A stretch of 62,235 nt of DNA from Candidatus Magasanikiibacteriota bacterium (GTDB taxonomy: Bacteria > Patescibacteriota > Patescibacteriia > Magasanikbacterales > GWA2-37-8), in contig DAIOHD010000001.1 in the NCBI GenBank assembly GCA_036744835.1, positions 810,447-872,681 on the forward strand, written 5' to 3'. The position numbers were made by a program, and so were the translations under genes. The notes under the pieces are model-generated. The model was not told the DNA's origin and made no database searches. It saw only the letters and a program-made list of their open reading frames with translations. Below are positions 1 through 10,163 of the stretch, piece after piece. How positions within the stretch are numbered: position 1 is the first letter of the stretch; every line of letters begins with the position of its first letter.

Positions 1-626
1 TTGATTGCCCTATCAACATCTCCAAATTGTAAACAACTAATAAAACCTTGTTTTAGATATTCTTCAAGCCCTTCTATTTTGGTTAAATCTATTCCTTGAG
101 CTAATTCACTATTTTTGATTTTGATTGCTTCATCAATATTTCTATTTTGTAAACAAGAAGCAAATCCTTTTTTTAACGAATCAGTTAAATCTATTCCTTG
201 AGATAATTCTTTTTTTATTTTGATAGCCTCATCAATATAACCATTTTCCAAACGATTAATAAATCCTTGTTTTAGAGAATCTTCAAATCCTTCTATTTTA
301 GTTAGGTTTATTTTTTTATTAAGACCAATATCTTTTGTATCGATAAAATCAGATCTAACAAATAATCGTGAATTATAAGCTCTGGGCATTTGATTAACCA
401 AAACAAAGCTATTCTCTAATTGTTTTTTAATTTCAAGACTTTCTAATAATTTGCCTTTTTTTAAAGCTTCGAATAATTCTTCCATTATTTTTTTCTGTTC
501 TTCCGTTAGTATTTGTTCTTGTTTTTTTGATTGCTCTAAACTATCCAACTCTTCTTTTGGACTTATTTCCGGTTTTTTTCTAGGTTTTTCCTCAACAATT
601 TGAGGTTTTGTGTATTTTTCCGGCAT
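1..626 (-). CDS. Hypothetical tandem-repeat helical protein (3'-partial, runs off window start)
   Basis: Not in ORF track. ATG at 626 (MPEKYTKPQIVEEKP...), frame open to window edge; about 3 copies of a 35-42 aa unit LK(Q/K)GF...L..G.ID.AIKIK..L.QGIDLT translated by hand. Confidence 0.8.
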   Translation of the reverse strand, partial: MPEKYTKPQIVEEKPRKKPEISPKEELDSLEQSKKQEQILTEEQKKIMEELFEALKKGKLLESLEIKKQLENSFVLVNQMPRAYNSRLFVRSDFIDTKDIGLNKKINLTKIEGFEDSLKQGFINRLENGYIDEAIKIKKELSQGIDLTDSLKKGFASCLQNRNIDEAIKIKNSELAQGIDLTKIEGLEEYLKQGFISCLQFGDVDRAI

Positions 627-641
627 ATATTTGATATTATT

Positions 642-1292
642 CTAACAACTTATTTTATAATTTTTTATAAGATATTCTTTCATTTCCCCCAAACTTTCAA
701 AATAAACCAACCCTGCATCTTTATAATCTTCCTCCATCCAATAAGTTTCATTCACCATGCTCAATACTTCCGTTTGCGGGAATTTTTCTTTTATCATTTT
801 ATTTTCTCTTAGATTATCATTGATAAATAAAACTTTATTTTTATTTAATTCAATTTTTTCTAAAATCAAATCTTTTCCACCATCAATAATTTCCACTCGG
901 TCAAAATATTTAGTTAAATCTAAATTTTTAATTTTCTTATCTTGAAAAAAATGGTTACCTGCAGTCAATAAAATTATTTTTTTACCAACACATTGCAAAC
1001 TCTTCAAAAAATCCTCTGCGCCGTCTTTTTTGTAATCATTATTAAACAAATCATTCAAAGAAATGATAATTTTGTCTTCCAAAATATATCCCATTTCTCG
1101 CAACGCTTCCAATTGTTTTTCAAAAGTATAATTATAATACCCCGGCTTTGGTAAATCCCCGGCTTTCAAATAAGCTTTTTGAAATTCATCCGCTTTAACA
1201 CCAAAAACCGACAAAATTTCAAACATGTCGGCTTTAAACTGGGTAGTATCAAAAATTGTATCGTCCAAATCGACAAAAATATAATCAAACAT
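642..1292 (-). CDS. HAD-superfamily hydrolase
   Basis: N-terminal motif I FVDLDDT, motif II LLTAG, motif IV FINDN. Confidence 0.85.
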   Translation of the reverse strand: MFDYIFVDLDDTIFDTTQFKADMFEILSVFGVKADEFQKAYLKAGDLPKPGYYNYTFEKQLEALREMGYILEDKIIISLNDLFNNDYKKDGAEDFLKSLQCVGKKIILLTAGNHFFQDKKIKNLDLTKYFDRVEIIDGGKDLILEKIELNKNKVLFINDNLRENKMIKEKFPQTEVLSMVNETYWMEEDYKDAGLVYFESLGEMKEYLIKNYKISC

Positions 1293-1295
1293 AAT

Positions 1296-2273
1296 TTACA
1301 CTTTACCGTTACTGCCAAAAACTTCTTTATTTTTACGCATATACATTTTTTTCAATTCCTCCCTGGCAACCCCTAGATATTTACGCGGATCAATTTCTTC
1401 TTTTTTATTATTTAAAACAAGACGAACCATAGCGGTCATGACTAATCGCCCATCTGTATCTACGTTGATTTTACACACCGCGGATTTGGAGGCGAGACGT
1501 AATTGTTTTTCATCTATCCCAATAGCTTTACCTAATTTTGCTCCATTTTTATTAGCAATTTTGACATATTCTTGCGGGACTGAGCTAGCTCCATGTAAAA
1601 CTATCGGAAATCCAGGAATTTCTTTTTCAATCTGTTTCAAAATATCCAAACGAATTTTCGGATTTGTTCCGGGTTTGAATTTATAAGCACCATGAGATGT
1701 GCCGATAGAAATAGCCAATGAATCAACGCCTGTTTTTTTGACAAATTCCACCGCTTGCTCTGGGTCGGTATAATGAGCAACTTCGGCTTTTACATCATCC
1801 TCTACTCCAGATAACACTCCGAGCTCTCCCTCTACACTTACTCCACGTTTATGGGCAAATTCAACAACTTTTTTTGTTAATTTAATATTTTCTTTGTATG
1901 GTAAATAAGAGCCATCAATCATCACTGATGAAAAACCACTTTCAATCGCGCTTTTACAAATTTTAAAATCAGCGCCATGGTCCAAATGTAGCACAACCGG
2001 AATATTTTTTAATTTTTTTTCTTTAGCCAATCGCTTCATCATTTTCATCGCGCCAAAAGCCATGTGTTGCAACATCGTAGCATCAGCATAATCTCTAGCA
2101 CCTTTACTCACTTGTAAAATCACCGGCGATTGAGTCAACAAACAAGCCTCAATGATAGCTTGAAGCTGTTCCATATTATTAAAATTATACGCTGGAAGAG
2201 CATAATGACCATGCATTGCTTTTTTAAAAAGCTGTTCTGTATTAACAAATCCAAACTTCTGGTATAGAAACAT
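1296..2273 (-). CDS. fba: Class II fructose-1,6-bisphosphate aldolase
   Basis: LHLDHG, SSVMIDGS, VEGELG, LAISIGTSHGAYK, VLHGASS, KINVDTD motifs. Confidence 0.96.
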   Translation of the reverse strand: MFLYQKFGFVNTEQLFKKAMHGHYALPAYNFNNMEQLQAIIEACLLTQSPVILQVSKGARDYADATMLQHMAFGAMKMMKRLAKEKKLKNIPVVLHLDHGADFKICKSAIESGFSSVMIDGSYLPYKENIKLTKKVVEFAHKRGVSVEGELGVLSGVEDDVKAEVAHYTDPEQAVEFVKKTGVDSLAISIGTSHGAYKFKPGTNPKIRLDILKQIEKEIPGFPIVLHGASSVPQEYVKIANKNGAKLGKAIGIDEKQLRLASKSAVCKINVDTDGRLVMTAMVRLVLNNKKEEIDPRKYLGVAREELKKMYMRKNKEVFGSNGKV

Positions 2274-2378
2274 ACAATGTAATTTTCAATTAATTTTTAA
2301 TGCTATAATTTTCAAAATTGCAATATTAAACATTTTACATTCATTAAAAATTGCAAAATTAAAAATTAAAAATTTTTT

Positions 2379-3029
2379 TTATTGTTTCCCTTCCCACTCT
2401 TTATAAAACTTATCTAGAAAATCTTTCACACATTCCGCGCGTTTTTGTGCCAATTCTTTACCGGTTTTAGTGTTCATCATTTTTGGCAATTTCAAAACTT
2501 TTTCATAAAAATAATTTATACTCGTACCGGCATTTTTCTTGGTTTGATAATCTTTTTTGCTCAATCTGGTTCTAGGTTTACGGTAAGGATCGTGTAGTAA
2601 ACGACCTATTTTACCACCTGTGGCAAAAGTTCTGGCAATTCCTATGGCGCCCAAAGCATCGAGAAAATCCGCATCTTGAATTATTTTTGCTTCAACTGTA
2701 TCCGGAGATTTTGTGTCATCACCAATAAATTGAGCATCCTCAATAATTTGGGAAATTTTTTCTTTATATTCTTCCTCTATACCCAAAACATCCATCATCC
2801 CCAACAGCACAAAATTTCCTTTTATTTGATTAAATTCGTATTTTTTATAATCTCCCAAATCGTGTAACAAAGCCGCAAGTTCTATCAGCTCTTTATTTCC
2901 ACCCTCTTCTTCTTGAAGTTTTTTAGCTAACTTCCAAACTCTTTCCGTATGATACCAGTCATGACCAGTATATTCTTCTTTGAGTTTGGCTTTGACATAT
3001 TCAATTGTCTTTTTGACTAAATCATTCAT
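2379..3029 (-). CDS. HD-domain phosphohydrolase (YedJ-like)
   Basis: GHDWYHTERV, LLHDLGD, IIQDADFLDALGAIGIAR. Confidence 0.9.
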   Translation of the reverse strand: MNDLVKKTIEYVKAKLKEEYTGHDWYHTERVWKLAKKLQEEEGGNKELIELAALLHDLGDYKKYEFNQIKGNFVLLGMMDVLGIEEEYKEKISQIIEDAQFIGDDTKSPDTVEAKIIQDADFLDALGAIGIARTFATGGKIGRLLHDPYRKPRTRLSKKDYQTKKNAGTSINYFYEKVLKLPKMMNTKTGKELAQKRAECVKDFLDKFYKEWEGKQ

Positions 3030-3087
3030 ATTTTAATCTTATTTTACGTTTTCATTTTACCAATTTTGAACCGAAAAGTAAAGAAAT

Positions 3088-3112
3088 AAAAAAGAGCCAC
3101 ACTAGGTGGCTC
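3088..3112 (-). terminator. Intrinsic terminator, second one downstream of 5S
   Basis: GAGCCAC-5nt-GTGGCTC stem followed by a T tract on the minus strand. Confidence 0.7.
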
Positions 3113-3184
3113 GGGTTTATTTTAATTTTCCTAGATTCCACACGTTTCCCAAAGGGAGGCCTTTGATCCGCGGGGATAACAAAC

Positions 3185-3209
3185 AAAAAACCCGTCTTTA
3201 CGACGAGTT
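3185..3209 (-). terminator. Intrinsic terminator immediately after 5S rRNA
   Basis: AACTCGTC/GACGGGTT stem plus T tract on the minus strand. Confidence 0.65.
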
Positions 3210-3227
3210 TATGTTTTTAAGTATAAA

Positions 3228-3339
3228 GTTCAGGCGCTGGCCTACTTTTGCCTTTAGGGCTATCATCAGCGCCGAAGAGCTTAACTGCCGAGTTCGGGAT
3301 GGGATCGGGTGTGACACCTTCGCTTAAAGCACCTGAACT
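3228..3339 (-). rRNA. rrf: 5S rRNA
   Basis: Conserved CACCCGATCCCATCCCGAACTCGGCAGTTAAG core; terminal helix AGTTCAGG/CCTGAACT. Confidence 0.95.
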
Positions 3340-3667
3340 CTACACTTAAAATTTAAAAGAATATTTTGGGACACTAGAACACTACTTAATGCTTTTGTCG
3401 TACGCTCGACCAATTAGTACGCCTCAGCTCAACATATTACTATGCTTACACCTAACGCCTATCAACCTCGTAATCTACGAGGGGTCTATAACGAATGTTA
3501 ATCTAGAAGACAGCTTCACGCTTATATGCTTTCAGCGTTTATCTTAACCAAACATAGCTACCCAGCGATGCTCCTGACGGAACAACTGGTACACTAGAGG
3601 TTCGTTCATTCCGGTCCTCTCGTACTAGGAATGAGACTTCGCAACATTCTACGCCCGCAACAGATAG

Positions 3668-3719
<52 letters not shown>

Positions 3720-3732
3720 TGGCGAACAGCCA

Positions 3733-3791
<59 letters not shown>

Positions 3792-4327
3792 GCGCCGTCT
3801 ATGTGGACTATTGGGCGCGATCAGCCTGTTATCCCCGGAGTAGCTTTTATCCGTTGATCTTCCACCTTCCTATATAGGATGGTCGGTTCACTAACTTCTA
3901 CTTTCGTAACTGCTCGGATCGTTGTCCTTGCAGTAAAGCCAGCTTGTGCGTTTGCGCGTCCAGCTCGATTTCCATCCGAGCTAAGCTGACCTTTGTAAAC
4001 GCCTCCGTTACATTTTAGGAGGCAACCGCCCCAGTTAAACTACCCATCAGACACTGTCTTCTCTCCCTGATTCAAGGGAGAAAATTAGATATAAAATAAT
4101 TTAAGGGTGGTGTCTCATTGGCGCCTTGCGGCTCCCACCTACGCTGAACATAAATAACCTTATACCAATATCAAATTGTAGTAAAGCTTCACGGGGTCTT
4201 TTCGTCTAGTTGCGGGTAGGAGGCATCTTCACCTCCCTTGCAATTTCACCGAGTCCCTCGCTGAGACAGTCGCACCATCGTTATGCCATTCGTGCAGGTC
4301 GGAACTCACCCGACAAGGAATTTCGCT

Positions 4328-4620
4328 TTTCGCTTCCTTTTTGCGAAGGACTATATCTTCACCCCGATTTTACATCGGGGGCATAGCGTTTAGTCTCTGA
4401 GGATCCCAATTAAACGATTCATAATTGGTTTCCTGCTGATCGCTCATTTCTGAGCTTCCCAGCATACGGCTATGATTGGATTACATTTTACATTACTGTA
4501 AAATAAGGCAGCTTTTTAAATGGCTGTTATTTTAAACGTCTGCATCGTTTAAATTAAATCGATTGTTTACATATCGCTATATCCGTCCCAATCCTAGTAG
4601 ATTCAAGAATTAAATCCACT
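4328..4620 (-). ncRNA. Group I intron in 23S at E. coli position L1931, no homing endonuclease ORF
   Basis: Interrupts GGUCCUAAGGU^AGCGAAAUUCC. P3 CAUAGC(C)GU/ACGCUAUG, P4 UGCUG/CAGCA, P5 GCUCA-GAAA-UGAGC, P7 AGAGACUA/AAGAUAUAGUCC, P8 CCCCGAU/AUCGGGG all visible. Confidence 0.92.
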
Positions 4621-5297
4621 ACCTTAGGACGGTTATAGTTACCGCCGGCGTTCATCAGCGCTTCGGTTCAAGGCTTTGACTTGCGTCTAACCTCTCCCCT
4701 TAACGTTCTGACACTGGCCAGGCATCACCCCCTATACTTCAGCTTGCGCTTTTGCAGGGAGCTGTGTTTTTGGTAAACAGTCGCAGTGCGTCTTTTGTTG
4801 TAACCCCGATAAACGGGGCAGGCCTTATCCCGAAGTTACGGCCGTTGTATTGCAGAGTTCCTTAGCGAAGGTTCTCTCGTACGCCTTAGTCTACTCGACT
4901 CACCCACCTGTGTCGGTTTACGGTACGATTTTATATAGCTTAACGATTTTCGCCTTTTCTTGGCACCAAATCCCCTTGAATTGAATCCACCCGGAGGCTT
5001 CATCTCTATCTTGCGAAACGTGTATATTCAAAACACGCTCAAAGCTTTCTAATGCGCAGCTAAACCAAACTATATAAAGTGCAGGAATATTGACCTGCTC
5101 TTCCATCGACTACGCCTTTCGGCCTCGCCTTAGGATCGACTAACCCAGGGACGATTCTCGTTGCCCTGGAAACCTTGGGTTTACGGCGGGCATGATTCTC
5201 ACATGCCTTTTTGCTACTTATGCCTGCATTCTCACTTCTTAACACTCCACCATGACTCACGTCTTTGGCTTCTGCGCGTTAAGAACGCTCCTCTACC

Positions 5298-5427
5298 GAT
5301 GCCACAAGAAACCCTTCATTCAACTTATTTGTTCCTTTCTCTCATTTGCAGAAAAAATTATAAATAATTTTTTCTGAGAAATGTTATTTAAGGATTTTCT
5401 GTTGAACAGAAAGTTTCTTGTGACATC
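5298..5427 (-). other. Helix-45 expansion / intervening-sequence-like insert in 23S
   Basis: gatgccacaagaaac (5298-5312) pairs with gtttcttgtgacatc (5413-5427) around about 100 AT-rich nt containing two more hairpins; E. coli has only a short hairpin here. Confidence 0.8.
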
Positions 5428-5505
5428 CCATAGCTTCGGCACCATGTTTGAGCCCCGATACATTTTCGGCGCTAAAACTCTTGACCAGTGAGCTGTTACG
5501 CTATC

Positions 5506-5537
<32 letters not shown>

Positions 5538-7106
5538 TGGTTGTTTAAGAATTAGAACCACCTTTTACACTTAACATGGATTTAGGGGCCTTAGCTTATG
5601 ATCATGGGCTGTTTCCCTTTTGACGATGGCGCTTAGCCGTCACCGTCTGACTCCTGAGTTTTTAACTTTTGGCATTCGGAGTTTGATTGAGAACGGTATC
5701 CCGAAGGACCCAATTCTTATCCAGTGCTCTACCACCAAAAGGAACACTCAAGGCTAGCCCTAGAGCTATTTCGAGGAGAACCAGCTATCACCGAGTTCGA
5801 TTAGAATTTCTCTCCTATCCACAACTCATCCCCGCGTGTTGCACAGCGCGTGGGTTCGGACCTCCTCCTGTATTTCTACAGGACTCATCCTGGTCATGGA
5901 TAGCTCACCCGGTTTCGGGTCGTGTATATGCCACTTAGGCGCCCGTTAAGACTCGCTTTCGCTATGCCTCCGCCCCATAAGGGCTTAAGCTCGCGACACA
6001 CACACACTCGCAGGCTCATTCTTCAATAGGAATACCATCACCGACGTTATACACTAAAGAATCAAAATTTAATTTTAAAATTCCTCAGTGTATAACACCG
6101 GCTCTGGCTCTTTGTAAGCATACGGTTTCAGATACTATTTCATCGCCCTCCCGGGCTGCTTTTCACCTTTCCCTCATGGTACTTGTTTACTATCGATCAC
6201 TAAAAGTATTTAGTCTTAGACCATAGTCGGCCCAAATTCAGGCGGAATTTCACGAGTTCCGTCCTACTCAAGAATAATGACTGCAACCGATTAAAATTTT
6301 TCACGTACAGGACTATTACCTTCTGTGGTTAAACTTTCCAGTTTATTCTGTTAAATTTTAAACGATTGTCCAATATATCAGGTAATTGGCGTCACTATCT
6401 TATTACCCCGTATAAACAACGGCCTGTCCTTTAATCTATAAATCACGGTAATCTTACGATAAACCAGTTTTTATAGAAACATTTATACGGTTTAGACTGT
6501 TCCCTTTTCGCTCGCCACTACTAAGGGAATCTCTGCGATTTCTTGTCCTCTGGTTACTGAGATGTTTCACTTCACCAGGTTTGCTTTGCATACCTATGTA
6601 TTCAGCATGCACTGTCCCGATCAAGTCGGGACGGGTTTCCCCATTCGGAAATCCCCGGGTCAAAGGTTGTTTGGGACCTCACCGAGGCTTATCGCACCCT
6701 ACAACGTCCTTCTTAGCCTTTTAGTGTCAAGGCATCCACCATATGCTCTTATTTGAAATTGCGCACGACAAAAACACTAAACAGTGTTTTCTCGTGCCCC
6801 AAAATATTCTTTTAAATTGTCAATTTACAATCCGTAATCTTATCAGATGTTTTCAACCGATTTTTTCAGTTAAAATCATCTGCTAATATTTTTTAAATTT
6901 TTTAAAAAAAACAACCGCCTATCTAAGCGGTGTCAAAATTTATGGGAGTGCCCCATTAAACCGCTTGGATTCTAAGTAAGATAATTTGTTTTTCTCGTAA
7001 ACATTTTTTTAAGCTTTTGAGCTTCTTACCCAGAGGTCCAATTTGACGTTGCCGTCGAAAAGTTTAATGTGGACGTGGTTTTTAATAGTTTTTTATTGCA
7101 AAGCAA

Positions 7107-7135
7107 ATAATAGCAAATTATTTTAAAGGTGTCAA
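7107..7135 (-). promoter_or_regulatory. sigma70 promoter of the 23S-5S unit
   Basis: TTGACA-17bp-TATTAT about 340 nt upstream of the 23S 5' end. Confidence 0.8.
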
Positions 7136-7144
7136 GAGCAGGTT

Positions 7145-7162
7145 TGTGGATAGTTATCCACA
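7145..7162. promoter_or_regulatory. Back-to-back inverted DnaA boxes
   Basis: TGTGGATAG (one mismatch) directly followed by perfect TTATCCACA. Confidence 0.6.
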
Positions 7163-7189
7163 ATAAAATAACTTTCTTTTTCCCTTGTT

Positions 7190-7471
7190 TTAAACCTTTT
7201 TTGACAATATTACTATCAACCCACCAAATTCATCCACAACCTCCTGACTTAAGTTATTTTTTAATAAATAAGTTTTTACTTTTTCTTTGAAAATTCCTTT
7301 TCCCCCGCCGGTAATAATCCGAACCGCGGGTTCTTTATTCAAAAAATTTTGATATAAAAACTGATCAACTTTTTCTTCCACCCCATTTATATTTTCTCCA
7401 TGCAAATCCAACTCCGGAATTTGTGCTCCAAGCTCAAAAGATAATTTTAAAAATTTATTTTTATCAGACAT
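7190..7471 (-). CDS. Stand-alone Smr-domain protein
   Basis: ELDLHG ... VRIITGGGKG ... GGLIV Smr signature. Confidence 0.88.
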   Translation of the reverse strand: MSDKNKFLKLSFELGAQIPELDLHGENINGVEEKVDQFLYQNFLNKEPAVRIITGGGKGIFKEKVKTYLLKNNLSQEVVDEFGGLIVILSKKV

Positions 7472-7539
7472 AGTTTTTAAAACCCGCCGATTAAGCGGGT
7501 TAAGAATTTTTTATAACAAACTATTACATTCCTCTTAAG

Positions 7540-7621
7540 TGCGGGCGGAGAGACTCGAACTCTCACGGATTGCTCCACGTGCTCCTAAGGCACGCGTGTA
7601 TACCAATTTCACCACGCCCGC
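7540..7621 (-). tRNA. tRNA-Leu(TAG)
   Basis: Cloverleaf, CGTGC-CT TAG GA-GCACG anticodon arm, long variable arm, GTTCGAG T loop; CCA not encoded. Confidence 0.95.
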
Positions 7622-7837
7622 AAATTAACTAACATATTAAATCATAAAAATAGTGGAAAGTCAATGATAAAAATAACTCAAATCTCAACTGTCAAATTTC
7701 AAAACCACAACTTAAAACTTCAAAACTTATACTAAATCGTCCCGACTTGTCGGGACACCAAAGTTTTGACTTTTGAATTTTGACATGTGACTTTAAATTA
7801 AAAAAGAATTTCTTTAAAGAAATTCTTTTTTAATTTA

Positions 7838-10060
7838 TTATCTTCCTCTTCCACCACCATGAGATGGCCTACCACCACCACTTCTACCACCCCTGTCATT
7901 TCTATCACTTCTTTGTGGTCTCTCATATTCCACATAACCTTCAGGTTTTGGAAGTAAAGCACGAATACTCAAATTCACTCGTCCCAAACTATCAATTTCT
8001 TTTACTAAAACTTTTACTTTATCACCAATTTTCAAAACATCACTTGGCTTATTGGTACGAGCCCAAGCAATTTCAGAAACATGAACCAATCCATCTTGTC
8101 CAGGTAATACATTAATAAATGCACCAAAATCTTCCAAACGCACAACTTCACCATCATAAGTTTCTCCGGCAGTAATTTCATGAGTCAAAGCTTTTACCCA
8201 TTCTACCGCTTTTTTCATACCTTCAGAATCAGAAGATGTAATCATCACGCGACCATCTTGTTCAATATCAATTTGCGCACCGGTTTCATCAATAATTTTA
8301 TTGATCATTTTTCCACCAGGACCGATAACATCACGAATTTTATCTGGGTTGATCATTATAGTTACGATACGAGGAGCAAATGGTGACATTTCTTTTCTTG
8401 GTTCGGAAATAATTTTTTCCATTACATCCAAAATTTGTTTTCTCGCTTCAAAAGATTGTTTAAAAGTTTGTTTCACAATTTCCCAATTTAAACCCTCTGT
8501 TTTGGTATCCATCTGCATTGCAGTGATACCGTCGCGAGTTCCGGTAATTTTGAAATCCATTCCGCCCGGACCGTCTTCAATATCTTGAAGATCGGTAATA
8601 ACTTTCCAATCGTTACCAACACTTGCCAAGCCCATAGCAATACCAGCTACCGGTTTTTTGATAGGTACACCAGCATCCATAAGAGCCAAAGTAGAGCCGC
8701 AAGTTGAAGCCATAGAAGAACTTCCGTTGCTTCCCATTACTTCGGAAACTATGCGAATAGTATATGGAAAATCTTTTTCTTCCGGTAAAACAGCATATAA
8801 AGCTTTTTCTGCCAAAGCTCCGTGACCAATAGCACGATTACCCGGCCCACGAAGAGGTCCGGCTTCACCGTAACTAGCTGGAGTATCATTATAATGGTGC
8901 ATGTATCTCTTGGTACAATCTTCTTCCATAGTATCAATAGTTTGTTTATCTCCAGGGGCACCCAAAGTTATCACTGAAAGAACTTGTGTGTCACCTCTCA
9001 TAAACATACCGGAACCATGAGTACGTGGCAATAAACTAACCTCACTATAAAGAGGTCTTACTTCTTCAATTTTACGACCGTCAAGACGTTCGTTTTTTTC
9101 TAAAATTCTAGCGGTTATTACTTCTTCAACATAAATTTTTATCCGAGCTAAAACCACTTTTTGAACACCTTCTTCTACTTCTTGTGTTTCAAGTAAGGTT
9201 TTTATGGCTTCACTAAATTTATCTACCATAGCCACTCTTTCGGAACGTCCTTTTTTAGGAGTATCAAAAATCCAATCAGCTACATGACTTTTAACAAAAG
9301 CACGAACTTGTTCTTCGGTTTCACGCAATTTTTTATCAAATTCAGATAAATTTGCTTCTAAATTTATTTTTTCTTTTCCAACTTCACTTTGAATTTTATT
9401 TATAAATTCAATTACCGGTTTGAAATTTTCTGCCCCAAATTGCATCGCCGCAATCATCTCTTCTTCTTTGGTTTCTTTGGCTTCAGCTTCAACCATAATT
9501 ATTTTTTCTGGAGTCCCAGCAACAAAAACATCTAGATCGCTCTTTGCGCAATCAGCAATACTAGGATTTAAAATAAATTTTCCATCAATTTTTCCAACAC
9601 GGGCGCCAGCAATCGGACCATTCCAAGGCACATCAGAAATTGCCAAAACAGTTGCTGCAGCTATCATTGCTGGAACTTGAGAATCATTTTCTCCATCAAA
9701 AGAAAGTGCAGTCAAAACAACTTGTACATCATTGCGCATTTCTTGATTAAAAAGTGGACGAATAGCTCTATCTACCAAACGGCCTGAAAGTATTGCTTCT
9801 TCGCTAGCTCTACCTTCACGTTTGATAAAACGACTACCTTTTATCTTTCCTGCTGCATACATTTTTTCCTCAAAATTAACCATTAAAGGAAAAAAATCTA
9901 AACCATCACGAATGTTTTTACTCATGACTACAGTTGCCAAAAGTACCGTATCGCCATAGCGCACAGTACAAGATCCATTGGTGAGAAAAGCGTATTTACC
10001 GGTTTCTACCGTTAAAGTACGACCGCCCCAATCCATAGACCATTGTTTTACGTCTAACAT
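7838..10060 (-). CDS. pnp: Polyribonucleotide nucleotidyltransferase (PNPase)
   Basis: Two RNase PH domains (GSRFIKREGR, SNGSSSMAS, DFKITG), KH and S1 domains, RGG-rich tail. Confidence 0.98.
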   Translation of the reverse strand: MLDVKQWSMDWGGRTLTVETGKYAFLTNGSCTVRYGDTVLLATVVMSKNIRDGLDFFPLMVNFEEKMYAAGKIKGSRFIKREGRASEEAILSGRLVDRAIRPLFNQEMRNDVQVVLTALSFDGENDSQVPAMIAAATVLAISDVPWNGPIAGARVGKIDGKFILNPSIADCAKSDLDVFVAGTPEKIIMVEAEAKETKEEEMIAAMQFGAENFKPVIEFINKIQSEVGKEKINLEANLSEFDKKLRETEEQVRAFVKSHVADWIFDTPKKGRSERVAMVDKFSEAIKTLLETQEVEEGVQKVVLARIKIYVEEVITARILEKNERLDGRKIEEVRPLYSEVSLLPRTHGSGMFMRGDTQVLSVITLGAPGDKQTIDTMEEDCTKRYMHHYNDTPASYGEAGPLRGPGNRAIGHGALAEKALYAVLPEEKDFPYTIRIVSEVMGSNGSSSMASTCGSTLALMDAGVPIKKPVAGIAMGLASVGNDWKVITDLQDIEDGPGGMDFKITGTRDGITAMQMDTKTEGLNWEIVKQTFKQSFEARKQILDVMEKIISEPRKEMSPFAPRIVTIMINPDKIRDVIGPGGKMINKIIDETGAQIDIEQDGRVMITSSDSEGMKKAVEWVKALTHEITAGETYDGEVVRLEDFGAFINVLPGQDGLVHVSEIAWARTNKPSDVLKIGDKVKVLVKEIDSLGRVNLSIRALLPKPEGYVEYERPQRSDRNDRGGRSGGGRPSHGGGRGR

Positions 10061-10163
10061 AACATTAAAATGTTATGGGATGATTTGGAAGCTTGGAAGA
10101 CCTCTTTTAGTGAAGTCTCTTTTGTCTCCAAACCAACCCTTAATTAAATTTTTAATTTACAGT

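Noticed and set aside
3470-3510. Loss of 23S helix 98 and shortening of the H58/H59/H63 regions
   Set aside because: Apparent by eye but common across many bacteria; not distinctive enough to list as a finding.
4328-4620. Homing endonuclease inside the intron
   Set aside because: Only 293 nt, with no ORF of useful length and no LAGLIDADG, GIY-YIG or HNH motif.
6771-7100. RNase P, SRP, tmRNA or 16S in the rrl leader, and an sRNA at 3115-3185
   Set aside because: None of the diagnostic conserved motifs is present.
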